From IMG/VR virus record IMGVR_UViG_3300010160_000025, positions 32,001-96,000 of that record: a stretch of DNA of 64,000 nucleotides; one strand, written 5' to 3'. The position numbers and the translations under genes were made by a program. The DNA is from a virus. Positions within the stretch are counted from its first letter, which is position 1, and the number at the start of each line of letters is the position of its first letter. The notes under the pieces were generated by a model, which was not told the DNA's origin, did not search any database, and saw only the letters and a list, made by a program, of their open reading frames with translations. Shown piece by piece: positions 31,826-40,924 of the stretch.

Positions 31826-32455
31826 TTATTGGAGTCCGCCTATTATTTTCAATAGACTTTCTTTCAGGTATTTCTGTGCCTTTGCGTCGCCTGATACTTC
31901 TTGTGCTGTTAAAAATGCCTTATAGCCTCCACGAGTATTCATGATATGCTCATAAATGGGCGTTGGATACGCACCTGGGGCTGATGGTTGAGCTACCACA
32001 TCCACTGTGATAATCTCGAAATCTGTAACTTCACCGGATCCGTCTTCTTTGACGTTTCCGGATCCGCGTGAGCTAACACCTAACTTAACACCGGATTCTA
32101 GCATAGTACGCACTAGGTTACCCATTGGTGTAGGAAGGATTTTCATTTTACCGTAACCGTTTGGGCCATCCATCCACATTTCTGTGATCATATGGCTTAC
32201 ACGGTCTAGGTTAATTTTTAAATCATCTGGATGGTCTACTTCGCCTAAAACTGAATATCCGCCAGTTACCTGGTCGTTTAGTGTCTTGACAGCCCTGCCG
32301 ATTTCATTCACAGGGTACACACGCTGATTTGCGTTCTTGATGCCGCCTTGGATACAAATACCTTTCATGTAAAGGTTTTTGCCCTGTTCGCCATCAGTCT
32401 CTACAACCATGCGAGCTTGGTCGAAAGTCAAATTTTCACGTAAGTAGAAACTCAT
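31826..32455 (-). CDS. gp21: Prohead maturation protease (gp21-like)
   Basis: Motifs N.N.RVYP, LGEVDHP (catalytic His), LGVSSRGSG (catalytic Ser), DVVAQPSAPGAYP. Confidence 0.95.
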   Translation of the reverse strand: MSFYLRENLTFDQARMVVETDGEQGKNLYMKGICIQGGIKNANQRVYPVNEIGRAVKTLNDQVTGGYSVLGEVDHPDDLKINLDRVSHMITEMWMDGPNGYGKMKILPTPMGNLVRTMLESGVKLGVSSRGSGNVKEDGSGEVTDFEIITVDVVAQPSAPGAYPTPIYEHIMNTRGGYKAFLTAQEVSGDAKAQKYLKESLLKIIGGLQ

Positions 32456-32459
32456 CTGA

Positions 32460-33278
32460 TTAACGGCCTAAAGTACTCTTTGTATTCTGGCCGTTGTCGC
32501 CACCTGCTGGCTTGCTGACACCTTTAAGATGCTTAACACCAGCTTTGCCACCTGGAACATTTACGTTACCAGAGTTCAAATCTTTTGTGCTTGGGTTTAG
32601 TAAACCACCTTTAGTACCGCCTGTTGTGCTTGTTCCACCTTTAGCGATATTAGCAGTTGTACCGCCCATATCATTCTTTCCGGCTACTGTTGAACGAGTG
32701 TTTTGACCGTTGTCGCCCATTTTAGCTGGTGCAACTTTCTCAACGTATTCACGGACCATACCTTCTTCCATGTCGTCTTCTTCATCATCGTTAGAAGCTT
32801 CGAACTGGTGATCTTCCATTTCTTCTTCACCTTCTTCGTCGCCCATTTCTTCTTCGCCATCTTCTTCTTCACCGTGCTCTTCACCGGCTTCGCCAGCTAG
32901 CATAGCTTCAAATTCTGCTTTTAGATCTTCTAAAGCATCTTTGATATCCATGACGTCATCTTTAGTAGCGGCTTCTGAACCACCTTCTTCGTCACCCATT
33001 TCGTCGCCGCCTTCATCGTCGCCGGCTTCTAGGTCGCCCATCATGTCGTCTGCTGGATCAGCACCGACTTCTTGCATACCCATGTCGAAGTTTTCTTCCA
33101 TATCTTCGTCTTCGTCATCTTCTTCAGATGCTTCTACTTGGATGTCATCGTCAAGTAGATTTTCGTAAATTTCGCGAGATTTAGCTACCACTAGTTCGTG
33201 GAATAGTTCCTCGGCTTTTGATTTGTCTTCATTAATAAGATATTCAAGCATCTGCTCGAATTTTGCGCGATCAGTCAT
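32460..33278 (-). CDS. Highly acidic prohead core protein (positional equivalent of gp67/gp68)
   Basis: ORF track; AGGAG SD; extreme Glu/Asp content; lies between portal and protease. Confidence 0.7.
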   Translation of the reverse strand: MTDRAKFEQMLEYLINEDKSKAEELFHELVVAKSREIYENLLDDDIQVEASEEDDEDEDMEENFDMGMQEVGADPADDMMGDLEAGDDEGGDEMGDEEGGSEAATKDDVMDIKDALEDLKAEFEAMLAGEAGEEHGEEEDGEEEMGDEEGEEEMEDHQFEASNDDEEDDMEEGMVREYVEKVAPAKMGDNGQNTRSTVAGKNDMGGTTANIAKGGTSTTGGTKGGLLNPSTKDLNSGNVNVPGGKAGVKHLKGVSKPAGGDNGQNTKSTLGR

Positions 33279-33330
33279 GTTAAGTCTCCTGTATTGTTAT
33301 GAGGCAGTTACGCCCGCAAGGCTGTCGATG

Positions 33331-33338
33331 TATTTAAT
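33331..33338 (-). promoter_or_regulatory. Variant late promoter box ATTAAATA for the core-protease-scaffold-capsid operon
   Basis: Just downstream of a terminator and upstream of an AGGAG SD. Confidence 0.55.
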
Positions 33339-33346
33339 ACTACTGT

Positions 33347-33376
33347 AAAAAAACCGGTCAATACCGGCTATTTTTT
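33347..33376 (-). terminator. Rho-independent terminator after the portal and 78-aa genes
   Basis: AGCCGGT-ATTG-ACCGGTT followed by a T-run; A/T runs on both sides, so possibly bidirectional. Confidence 0.75.
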
Positions 33377-33395
33377 GTCAGTTTTGTCAAAATAC

Positions 33396-33632
33396 TTATT
33401 CTGCTGCCACAGGTGTAGCATACATTCTAGAAATAAACTCCATTTCGGCTTCATGTTCTTTGATATGTAAGTCACTGGCCTTGCGTAATTCATTGATTTG
33501 TTTTAAGGTCAAACGTGTTTTACGTGTGTCATCATTGTTAATAACACCCGTGTCGGCTTTGGCCATATACTGATCGTCTTGTTCAGACTCAGCAGTAGTT
33601 CTATTAAAATAAAACAGTTCTCTTAAAATCAT
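33396..33632 (-). CDS. Small head-module protein (78 aa; gp67/gp68 position)
   Basis: ORF track; directly follows the portal gene; late box immediately upstream. Confidence 0.7.
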   Translation of the reverse strand: MILRELFYFNRTTAESEQDDQYMAKADTGVINNDDTRKTRLTLKQINELRKASDLHIKEHEAEMEFISRMYATPVAAE

Positions 33633-33637
33633 AATAG

Positions 33638-33645
33638 TATTTATT
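33638..33645 (-). promoter_or_regulatory. Late promoter AATAAATA(CTATT), 5 nt before the ATG
   Basis: Matches the extended T4 late consensus TATAAATACTATT except at the first base. Confidence 0.75.
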
Positions 33646-35341
33646 AAGCGGGCATCGAACCAGTGTCTTGACCAGCCATTTCTGCGCCTGCATCTGGTAC
33701 TTCCATGTCAGCAGGAGCTTCTTCACTACCGTCTAACGCGGCTGTATCTGCTTCCATACCCGTTGGGCTTACACCTGCGCCACGCAATTGTCCTGCGGCA
33801 TCTTGTCCGGATGCTTTGCCTTCTCCGCTTTCTTCTTGCCACATTTTTTCGTTTTCTTTTAGGTCTTCGTCTGTCATACCTAAGAAGCGTTTTAGTGCAA
33901 AACGTTTGCTGATAAACGGTAGAGCGACCATTTGTGCAAATGTAGCAATACGATCGTTGTCTAGTTCCGCTTGACGATATGCGGCAAAATTTTGCGGACT
34001 TTGGAAACGTATTTCAAACAAACTAAAGTCAATGTTAACACCTTTGTTGTGTAAGAATAGTTTAAATTCTGTATCAAATGTAGGTGTCATTAAGTTTTGT
34101 AAACGTTCGCAATACTTGTTAAAGCGTAGTTCTTGAATATATGCTGTGCCAACTCGACCATCGTTATACTGTGATTGGCTATCATCTGCACCTGTTGGCA
34201 GATAGCTACTTGGAATTCGTAGAGCTCGCATTAACTTGTTAGTAAAGTAACGTAAATCGTCAATCTCGCCTAGATTAGTACCGCCTGGAAGTGTTTCAAC
34301 TTTTGATCCACGACCTTCTGCGGTCTGTGGAAAGAAGTAGTCTTCGTTAATACTTAGAGGATTATATGTGCTGTCAATAGCACTACCACCGCCTGTTGCA
34401 CTAGGAATACGTCTTTGATGTATTTCATTTTTTACACGTTCTACAAAGCCCATTGCCAAATGACTTGGCATATTTCCTACGTCAATGTAAAATACTCTGC
34501 GTTCAGGAGCACGTTGTACGCGGTAGATAATGATAGCATCTTCAAGAAGTTCTTTCTGCTTGTAGACTTTAAAAACGCTTTCTAAAAGACTGTTACCAAA
34601 AGGAAAATTATTATCTAATCCTTCGCTTAGGCTTAGGTGTACTACATGTTTTGAGTCAATAGCATGTTCGTTTTGTTGCAGACTAAATCTACTACCCGGA
34701 ATAGGAGTTGTAGTTCCAACCATGCCTCGGCCGCCACCCTGTGTATTTGGCGGTGTGCCTGCTGTTGCATTTTGTGTATTTGGATTAATCTGTGTGACAA
34801 CTAGATGCTGAAAGTTAATATTAATATCACGGATAACATACTGTTCTGGCTGTTTGCCTTCGCTTTCGTTAACAATAATTTTTGTAACTTTGCCCGGATC
34901 TACATAGAACCATTTTTGTGTTTCAGGATCACGCAGAAAGAATCCGTCGCCGTACTTGAACAAGTTACGTGCAATGCGGAACATGCGTGTGTCTAACTTC
35001 TGCATTTTGGTCCACTGTTGTAGATATTCTTTTAAGATGCCTACTTCACTAGTAGTTGGGCTACCGCGGAACTGTAGAGTAAACGGTGTATTGTTTTCTT
35101 TGTTCTTTTGTGTAGTAAATTCTGCAAGTATGTCTAGGGCCGCATTAACTTCACTGTCCCAGTCCATAGTGTCATACTGCATGTAACGTTCAATACGATT
35201 TGGGCTACCTGAATATACATCCGGCAAGTATGAACTATAATTTGTGCGGGCTGGACCTGGCTTTCCACCACTGCCGTAGATTGGGCTAACTGTTCCCGAC
35301 TGGTTACTAGTTACGGGTGAAAAATACTTTTTCCAACTCAT
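33644..35341 (-). CDS. gp20: Portal protein (gp20-like)
   Basis: Motifs LLEDAIIIYRVQRAPERRVFYIDVGNMP, EDYFFPQTAEGRGSKVETLPGG.NLGEIDD, ELRFNKYCERLQ. Confidence 0.96.
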   Translation of the reverse strand: MSWKKYFSPVTSNQSGTVSPIYGSGGKPGPARTNYSSYLPDVYSGSPNRIERYMQYDTMDWDSEVNAALDILAEFTTQKNKENNTPFTLQFRGSPTTSEVGILKEYLQQWTKMQKLDTRMFRIARNLFKYGDGFFLRDPETQKWFYVDPGKVTKIIVNESEGKQPEQYVIRDININFQHLVVTQINPNTQNATAGTPPNTQGGGRGMVGTTTPIPGSRFSLQQNEHAIDSKHVVHLSLSEGLDNNFPFGNSLLESVFKVYKQKELLEDAIIIYRVQRAPERRVFYIDVGNMPSHLAMGFVERVKNEIHQRRIPSATGGGSAIDSTYNPLSINEDYFFPQTAEGRGSKVETLPGGTNLGEIDDLRYFTNKLMRALRIPSSYLPTGADDSQSQYNDGRVGTAYIQELRFNKYCERLQNLMTPTFDTEFKLFLHNKGVNIDFSLFEIRFQSPQNFAAYRQAELDNDRIATFAQMVALPFISKRFALKRFLGMTDEDLKENEKMWQEESGEGKASGQDAAGQLRGAGVSPTGMEADTAALDGSEEAPADMEVPDAGAEMAGQDTGSMPA

Positions 35342-35350
35342 TGTGTTATC

Positions 35351-38300
35351 CTATTTATAAACCTGGCCAGCTTTCTTGCTGGCGATTGTATCCAAGTATC
35401 TTTTGGAAGTGTCTTCAATTGTGACTAGTGAAGCTACATTACTATTTAACGTATCTAGCTTGTTGCCAAGGTCAGTTAAGATTCCTTCTTGAGTCTTGCT
35501 TCTGAGTTCTTCAAATTTTGGAATAAACTTATTAATGAAACTTTCGTTAAAATCTTTAAAGGCTTTGCTTAGTCCCTCAACACCTTCTTTGATGTTTTTA
35601 AGTCCTTGTTGATCTAATTTTTGGAAGCCATCTTTACTGAGTTTTAACTGTTCCGATAGCTGTCTTAGCTTGGTAGTACCGTCCGCTAGGCTGACTAGTT
35701 GTTCTTTACTGAATGAAAAATCTTTAAGATCAAATCCGGTAGTTGCCTGTTTGAACGCATTAATTGCTTGTGCTGTGGCATTTATGTTAGCGGCCTGTGT
35801 ACCCAGTGCTGTTATTGTGGTAGTAAAGTCTGGTAATCGTTTAGTTAGTGTTTCAAAACTGCTAGTTTGATCATTAGTCATAGACAAATTAGCCAGTTTC
35901 ATACCATCAATTGCTGTCTTAAATGCAGTAAACCCAGCGGCGGCGTTCTGTAATTTTGGACCTAAAACTGCCATTTGTTGTAGTGGCCCTGTTTGATCTC
36001 CGGCAAATATACTACCAAGACCTTGACTTATGCCGCTTAAGAATCCAGGATTAAATCCGTCTAGTGCTTTCTTGATTGCTTCAACGCCTGCGGCTGCGGC
36101 TGTCATATTTGCTGCCGGTATATTAGCAAGTTGTTTTACACTGTCTGTTGCTACCCTAGTTCCTTCAGTTTTATATTTAGAAATAGTGTCAATGATTTTA
36201 CTAATACTGTCGCCAATTGCTGTAATTGATCCAATAATAACTGACCCAATACTTTTAACTACTGTAGCAATACCGTTAAAGATAACTTCAAAGCCGTCTT
36301 TAGCATTGGTAATTGCAGTGCCTACATCTTTCATTACTGTACCGACTGCTGTGCCAAATGCTACTACTACCGGTGCTACGCCTTCGAGTATTCGCTTTAC
36401 CATTGTGCCAAATTTTTCAAATCCAGGACTTGCCGCTTCAAATGCTAGTGATAATGCATAAACTGCCGCGGTAACTGCCGCTAATCCTATCAGTGATGCT
36501 GGATTAGCAAATGCCGCAAGGCCGCCTGCTAAACTAGTCAATCCTGCACCCATCCCTCCACTTGCGGCTGCTCCGCCTGCGGCTGCGGCTCCACCGGCCA
36601 TCCTGCCGCCAATACCGCTTAGTAATCCACCGCCAACTTTAAATGCGGCCCATACTGCAAATAGTGCTAGTATACCTTTGATGCCTGCATTTCTAATGTC
36701 GTCATTATCCCATAGTGCTGTAAATCCTGATACTATTCCAGCTTTTATTCCTGGCCACATAGCTGCCATTGCTTCACCTATAGCTATGCCTATCTTTTTC
36801 ATTGCAAGTTCTGTGAGAGTTGCTATTTGTTTGCCCTCGCCATCGATTGTATCTTCTCGTTTTAGATCAAAAATATTCATTAATATATTTTCGTAGAGAT
36901 TTTTCATTGCTCCTGACCAACCAAGTGCGGGATTCTGAACATCAGTTAAAAACTCGTTAAGTGCTGTTAGAAAAGTTTTAAACCCGGCTGTGATACGATT
37001 AAGGATATCACCTAAACTAGTACTACCACCTTTAGAAAAATCATCCATCATTTTTTTAATATTTTTAAAGAAATCACTTTTTATAAATGTTGATTCCAGA
37101 GATCCTCTAAAATTATTAATAGTTTCTGAGAACTGTTGATAAAAACCTGTTAATGTGTCATTTTTTGCGGCGGCGTCTGCTTCTTTTTGTAACTGCTCTG
37201 CATTTTTAGTTGCCCTGCTAGCAATCTCTGCTATGGCCGCATATGCTGTTTTAAATCCTGGAATATTATCCATCTGTGCTTTTAATGTAGCGGCATACTC
37301 AGGCCTTTGAAACTGTTCCATCTTTTCTCGTGCCTTAAGAATCATTGAATTCATTTTTTCATTAACGTCTCCGCCGGTATCAGTAAAGTCTTTCATAGTT
37401 TGCATCAATTCAGGTGCCAGCGCATTTAATGCAATACCGTCAGACGAATTAATAAATCCTCGAGCGCCTTCTAATAATGCTTCGGATCCAATACCAAACG
37501 AGCTGGTAATTTGAGCCATACCAGCCATAAATTTTTCTTTATCTTTTCCTTGAAATCTATTAGCCAGTGCGGCAATATCTATTTGCTTACTTAATGCATC
37601 TGCTTTTTTAGCTAGCTCGCCTCTGCTAAGACCTGTTGCGGCAGCGGCCTTGTTTAACTCTATAGCAAATCTTCCGGATGCTTCTCCTAGTTCTCTAGTA
37701 TCAAGTATACGGTCTCGTCCTGCTCGACTGTTAATATTAGAATATGAAATTAAACTATCGTTAATCTCGTCAATGCTGAATCCCATACCTAATAGTTTTT
37801 TGCCAGTATCACCTTGACGGAAATCTTTACTAAATTTACCAAATGCCACAGCTCCCTGTGATACCGTGCCGCCAAATAATGCCATTGTCTCAGCATTATT
37901 TTTTACCAATGCAGTATATCGATCAAAACCCATTCCAGACTCTGCTGCCGCTAATCGCATGGCATCTATACTGTTTCCAAAGTTAGCACCCACTTGGGAA
38001 AGTTTGCGGAACTCATCAATATTTTTGTCTATAAATGCCGAAAGTGTGTGTACTAATCCGCCAAGGTATCCAAATATACTTGGTAACTTTGATAAGTGTG
38101 TAGTAAAGTCGCTAACTCGTTCGCCGCCGGTTAGTAATTCTTTGCTAAGGTCCAGCATTACACTAGCAGTACCGCCTATTATATTACCAGCAAATCCTAA
38201 CAGCTTACTTGTAGCATCTGCAACTGCGCCTGCAAATTTACCAACAGCATCGCCAGCTTTGTTAAAAGCTGTGGTAGTATTAGATGCTGCCTGAGCAGGA

Positions 38301-38458
38301 GTACCTGCTGTGCTACCACTCGAACTGCCACCGCCTGAGCCGGTACCGTTAGATTTGTTAAATGCTTCTAATAATTTTTGAAGTGTGGCTTCGCTTGCCG
38401 CGTTGATCAGCTGTACTTCTTGATCACCAATTTTACCAGTTACTGTGGTATCTGCCAT
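35351..38458 (-). CDS. Putative tail tape-measure protein (1035 aa)
   Basis: Long, Ala/Gly-rich helical protein with hydrophobic segments and amphipathic repeats; divergently adjacent to the gp26-like chaperone gene. Confidence 0.75.
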   Translation of the reverse strand: MADTTVTGKIGDQEVQLINAASEATLQKLLEAFNKSNGTGSGGGSSSGSTAGTPAQAASNTTTAFNKAGDAVGKFAGAVADATSKLLGFAGNIIGGTASVMLDLSKELLTGGERVSDFTTHLSKLPSIFGYLGGLVHTLSAFIDKNIDEFRKLSQVGANFGNSIDAMRLAAAESGMGFDRYTALVKNNAETMALFGGTVSQGAVAFGKFSKDFRQGDTGKKLLGMGFSIDEINDSLISYSNINSRAGRDRILDTRELGEASGRFAIELNKAAAATGLSRGELAKKADALSKQIDIAALANRFQGKDKEKFMAGMAQITSSFGIGSEALLEGARGFINSSDGIALNALAPELMQTMKDFTDTGGDVNEKMNSMILKAREKMEQFQRPEYAATLKAQMDNIPGFKTAYAAIAEIASRATKNAEQLQKEADAAAKNDTLTGFYQQFSETINNFRGSLESTFIKSDFFKNIKKMMDDFSKGGSTSLGDILNRITAGFKTFLTALNEFLTDVQNPALGWSGAMKNLYENILMNIFDLKREDTIDGEGKQIATLTELAMKKIGIAIGEAMAAMWPGIKAGIVSGFTALWDNDDIRNAGIKGILALFAVWAAFKVGGGLLSGIGGRMAGGAAAAGGAAASGGMGAGLTSLAGGLAAFANPASLIGLAAVTAAVYALSLAFEAASPGFEKFGTMVKRILEGVAPVVVAFGTAVGTVMKDVGTAITNAKDGFEVIFNGIATVVKSIGSVIIGSITAIGDSISKIIDTISKYKTEGTRVATDSVKQLANIPAANMTAAAAGVEAIKKALDGFNPGFLSGISQGLGSIFAGDQTGPLQQMAVLGPKLQNAAAGFTAFKTAIDGMKLANLSMTNDQTSSFETLTKRLPDFTTTITALGTQAANINATAQAINAFKQATTGFDLKDFSFSKEQLVSLADGTTKLRQLSEQLKLSKDGFQKLDQQGLKNIKEGVEGLSKAFKDFNESFINKFIPKFEELRSKTQEGILTDLGNKLDTLNSNVASLVTIEDTSKRYLDTIASKKAGQVYK
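35352..35359 (-). promoter_or_regulatory. Late promoter TATAAATA embedded in the last codons of the tape-measure gene, upstream of the portal gene
   Basis: TAT AAA TAG: the box is formed by Tyr-Lys-stop. Confidence 0.55.
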
Positions 38459-38483
38459 TTATTTTTTCACCTAAATCTGCGTA

Positions 38484-38519
38484 TATAAATACAATATGAT
38501 ATCATATCCTTTATTTATG
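38484..38519. promoter_or_regulatory. Face-to-face late promoters (TATAAATA on +, CATAAATA on -) around a 14-bp palindrome
   Basis: + box 38484-91; - box 38512-19; ATATGATATCATAT at 38494-38507. Confidence 0.7.
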
Positions 38520-38533
38520 TGGAGTTAAACTCA

Positions 38534-39391
38534 GTGGAAAATCAAACATTAAACCCGTTAAAGAAGTACTTTAGACAGCCCAAGATCTATATCAAGTTGC
38601 CCAGCAGTGGCAATTTTTATCCTCCAGGATGTTTAGAAAAATCTGAAAACGGAGAGTATCCTGTTTACGCTATGACTGCAAAAGATGAGTTGGTCATGAA
38701 AACTCCCGATGCTCTAATGAACGGACAAGCAACTGTAGATGTTATACAAAGTTGTTTTCCTAGTATCAAGAATGCTTGGCAAATTCCTAGTGTTGATATG
38801 GACGCAATTTTAGTTGCAATCCGTCTAGCTACCTACGGTGAAAAATTAGATATTACTATAACTATTCCGGTAATTGAAGACTCTAGAACATTTGAATTAG
38901 ATCTACGTCTAGTACTTGACTCGTTATTAAATGCGGCTTATGATAACGAAATTCAAATTGGTGAAGATCTCAAAGCCTATGTTAGACCTTTAACGTACAA
39001 AGAGTTTACTCAGACTGCAATTAAAACTCTAGAAGAACAACGTATTTTTAGTATTGTCAATGATGACAACATGGAAGATACTAGGAAGATGGAGTTGTTT
39101 AATGCGGCTTTTAAAAAGTTAACTGATATCAATGTTGACATGGTCACTAGCAGTGTTGTTAAGATTGTGACTCCAGATGGTGAAACTAGCGATCCTGTAT
39201 TCATTAAAGAATTTATTGACAATGCTGACAAAAGTTTCTTTAAAGCTATAATGGATCACCTTGAGATACAAAAGAATAAGTTTGCAATACCTGTACAAAA
39301 AGTTGCTACCACGGAAGAGGATCAAGCAGGTGGTGCACCTAAAATGGTTGAGATTCCAATTACTCTGGACGCCGCAAGTTTTTTCGCGTAA
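38534..39391 (+). CDS. gp26: Baseplate hub assembly protein / tail assembly chaperone (gp26-like)
   Basis: Motifs IKLPSSG..Y, VYAMTAKDEL..K, D.DAILVAIRLATYGE; C-terminal ..SFF. The likely start is GTG 38534 after GGAG (38521-24), rather than 38519. Confidence 0.8.
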   Translation: MENQTLNPLKKYFRQPKIYIKLPSSGNFYPPGCLEKSENGEYPVYAMTAKDELVMKTPDALMNGQATVDVIQSCFPSIKNAWQIPSVDMDAILVAIRLATYGEKLDITITIPVIEDSRTFELDLRLVLDSLLNAAYDNEIQIGEDLKAYVRPLTYKEFTQTAIKTLEEQRIFSIVNDDNMEDTRKMELFNAAFKKLTDINVDMVTSSVVKIVTPDGETSDPVFIKEFIDNADKSFFKAIMDHLEIQKNKFAIPVQKVATTEEDQAGGAPKMVEIPITLDAASFFA

Positions 39392-39426
39392 GGCTCTTTA
39401 CTATCCCACTTGAAGATGCTCTCCGG

Positions 39427-39615
39427 ATGGTGGATCACATAGATAATGAAGCCAAAAATTTCAAATTAGAATTATATAAATTAGCGTGGTATATGAGAGG
39501 TGCGATTTCTATGGAAGACGCATTTTATCTTACCTACGAAGATAGAGAAATTATTGGAAAGATTGTTGAAGACAATCTTGAAACAACTAAGAAAAGTGGA
39601 CTGCCTTTCTTTTAA
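39427..39615 (+). CDS. gp51: Small gp51-like baseplate hub assembly protein; possibly made as a -1 frameshift extension of the gp26-like ORF
   Basis: Motif L.W.MRG.IS...A..L..EDREII. The frame is open back to the slippery site at 39379-39385, and there is no clear SD before ATG 39427. Confidence 0.65.
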   Translation: MVDHIDNEAKNFKLELYKLAWYMRGAISMEDAFYLTYEDREIIGKIVEDNLETTKKSGLPFF

Positions 39616-40790
39616 GCTAGTCCAACTTTCTTTTCAATAGCCGCAATGCGCTGTTCTAGACTTGCGAGATCAGGTGTAGCGGCAGGTTTACCTGTAAACC
39701 CTTTCTTTAATCCAGCGGCAAATCCACCACCTGATGAAGATTTAGCTGTGTCTGTAGCATCAATATCACCGTCACCATCTGTATCAGTAGGAGCGCCGCC
39801 AGCTAAATTAGCTGATTTAGTCTGCTGTGTAGATGTTTTACCTTGCTTAGTGTTCATGATCTCTGCTTCTTGAGCAGCCTTAAGTATAGCTTTATCAATA
39901 ATACTTTGCGGTAAAACTCCAGGACCTGCTTCTGCTACCATGTTGCCACGATTAATTTTACCAGTTGTTACCGTTTGCCCACTTTTTCTTTTTTCTATTT
40001 CAGCTTTAACTGCGGCCGTAACTGTTGGATCTAATGTTGTGTTTGCGGCCATTTTAGACAATGCGGCATCATCTCTCCCAGCAAGTTGTTTATTCATTTG
40101 TTGAAGTTCTTGTGGAGAATAATCATCTTGTGATGCTGCCGGATTGTTAGTTTTAGGAATACCTCCTACTGATTTAGGATCCAATGGCTTAGATGTATTT
40201 TGATAAGTTTTAGGATCATTTCCAGTAGACATACTGTAGTTGGCTTTGCCTCCGCCTAATTGATTGTTATAACTACTACCTGTCTTAGCAGGAGCTGCCG
40301 CTGTAGTATCTGTAGCTCCTGTTGTTGTAGGAGTTTCAGGATTCATTGTTGGCTCTGTTTTATCAATAGGAGTAGCTTTAAGTCCTGGCTTTAGCTTATC
40401 TGCTATGTTGCCCGCTTGTTTAACCATTGCGTCTTTGGCTTTACCAGCAAGTCCTCGAGCAGTGTTTTTCATATTGGCTAGCGGTCCGGCAGGAGCATTT
40501 GCCGCACCTTTTAGTGCAGTATTAATAATAGTAGCGGCGCCCTGTGTGGGATACCCTTTGCTAGATAAAAAACCCATTACAGCATCTTTAGTAGCTTCAC
40601 GCCCAGTCTTACCCAAATATGTTTGAAACTCTTTGTGCAATTGATTGGCCAAAGCACCTGTACTAAGTTTACCAGTAGCTCGCGCACTACCCATTTTAGC
40701 CATAGCTTTATTACCTAGAGTATTCAGCATACCCATAGGTGCTTCTTGCACTTGTTTCTTATCTTCTAATAGAACTTCGTATAGTTTCAT
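39612..40790 (-). CDS. Late-expressed, low-complexity protein; candidate internal head/ejection protein (392 aa)
   Basis: Canonical TATAAATA at 40816-23 plus AGGA SD. N-terminus MKLYEVLLEDKKQVQEA resembles a protease-cleaved leader. Lys/Ala/Thr-rich; contains a DTDGDGDID motif. Confidence 0.6.
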   Translation of the reverse strand: MKLYEVLLEDKKQVQEAPMGMLNTLGNKAMAKMGSARATGKLSTGALANQLHKEFQTYLGKTGREATKDAVMGFLSSKGYPTQGAATIINTALKGAANAPAGPLANMKNTARGLAGKAKDAMVKQAGNIADKLKPGLKATPIDKTEPTMNPETPTTTGATDTTAAAPAKTGSSYNNQLGGGKANYSMSTGNDPKTYQNTSKPLDPKSVGGIPKTNNPAASQDDYSPQELQQMNKQLAGRDDAALSKMAANTTLDPTVTAAVKAEIEKRKSGQTVTTGKINRGNMVAEAGPGVLPQSIIDKAILKAAQEAEIMNTKQGKTSTQQTKSANLAGGAPTDTDGDGDIDATDTAKSSSGGGFAAGLKKGFTGKPAATPDLASLEQRIAAIEKKVGLA

Positions 40791-40815
40791 ATTCGTATTC
40801 CTGAACAGTTATGTG

Positions 40816-40823
40816 TATTTATA
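40816..40823 (-). promoter_or_regulatory. Late promoter TATAAATA
   Basis: Perfect consensus upstream of the 392-aa gene. Confidence 0.8.
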
Positions 40824-40836
40824 TCGGGATGCATGT

Positions 40837-40924
40837 AGATGAACTGCGTTCATCTGTGTTTCGCTTTCGCTCACACTATTCTTCTTCTTTCTTATTGTGT
40901 ACTTATGATTTAGTGCGAAGCACT
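40837..40924. other. Cluster of GNA/GAAA-loop DNA mini-hairpins plus a purine/pyrimidine tract; possible origin or primase-signal element
   Basis: AGATGAAC-GCA-GTTCATCT (minus, 40837-55), GC-GAAA-GC within GTG..CAC (minus, 40856-76), AGTGC-GAA-GCACT (plus, 40912-24), and a TTCTTCTTCTTTCTT tract at ~40879-93. Confidence 0.4.

Noticed and set aside
792-38294. Many 60-150 aa ORFs in the track on the + strand or in alternative frames
   Set aside because: They are shadows of long genes: Val/Pro/Leu-rich antisense translations of Thr/Gly/Asn-rich codons, with no SD or promoter support.
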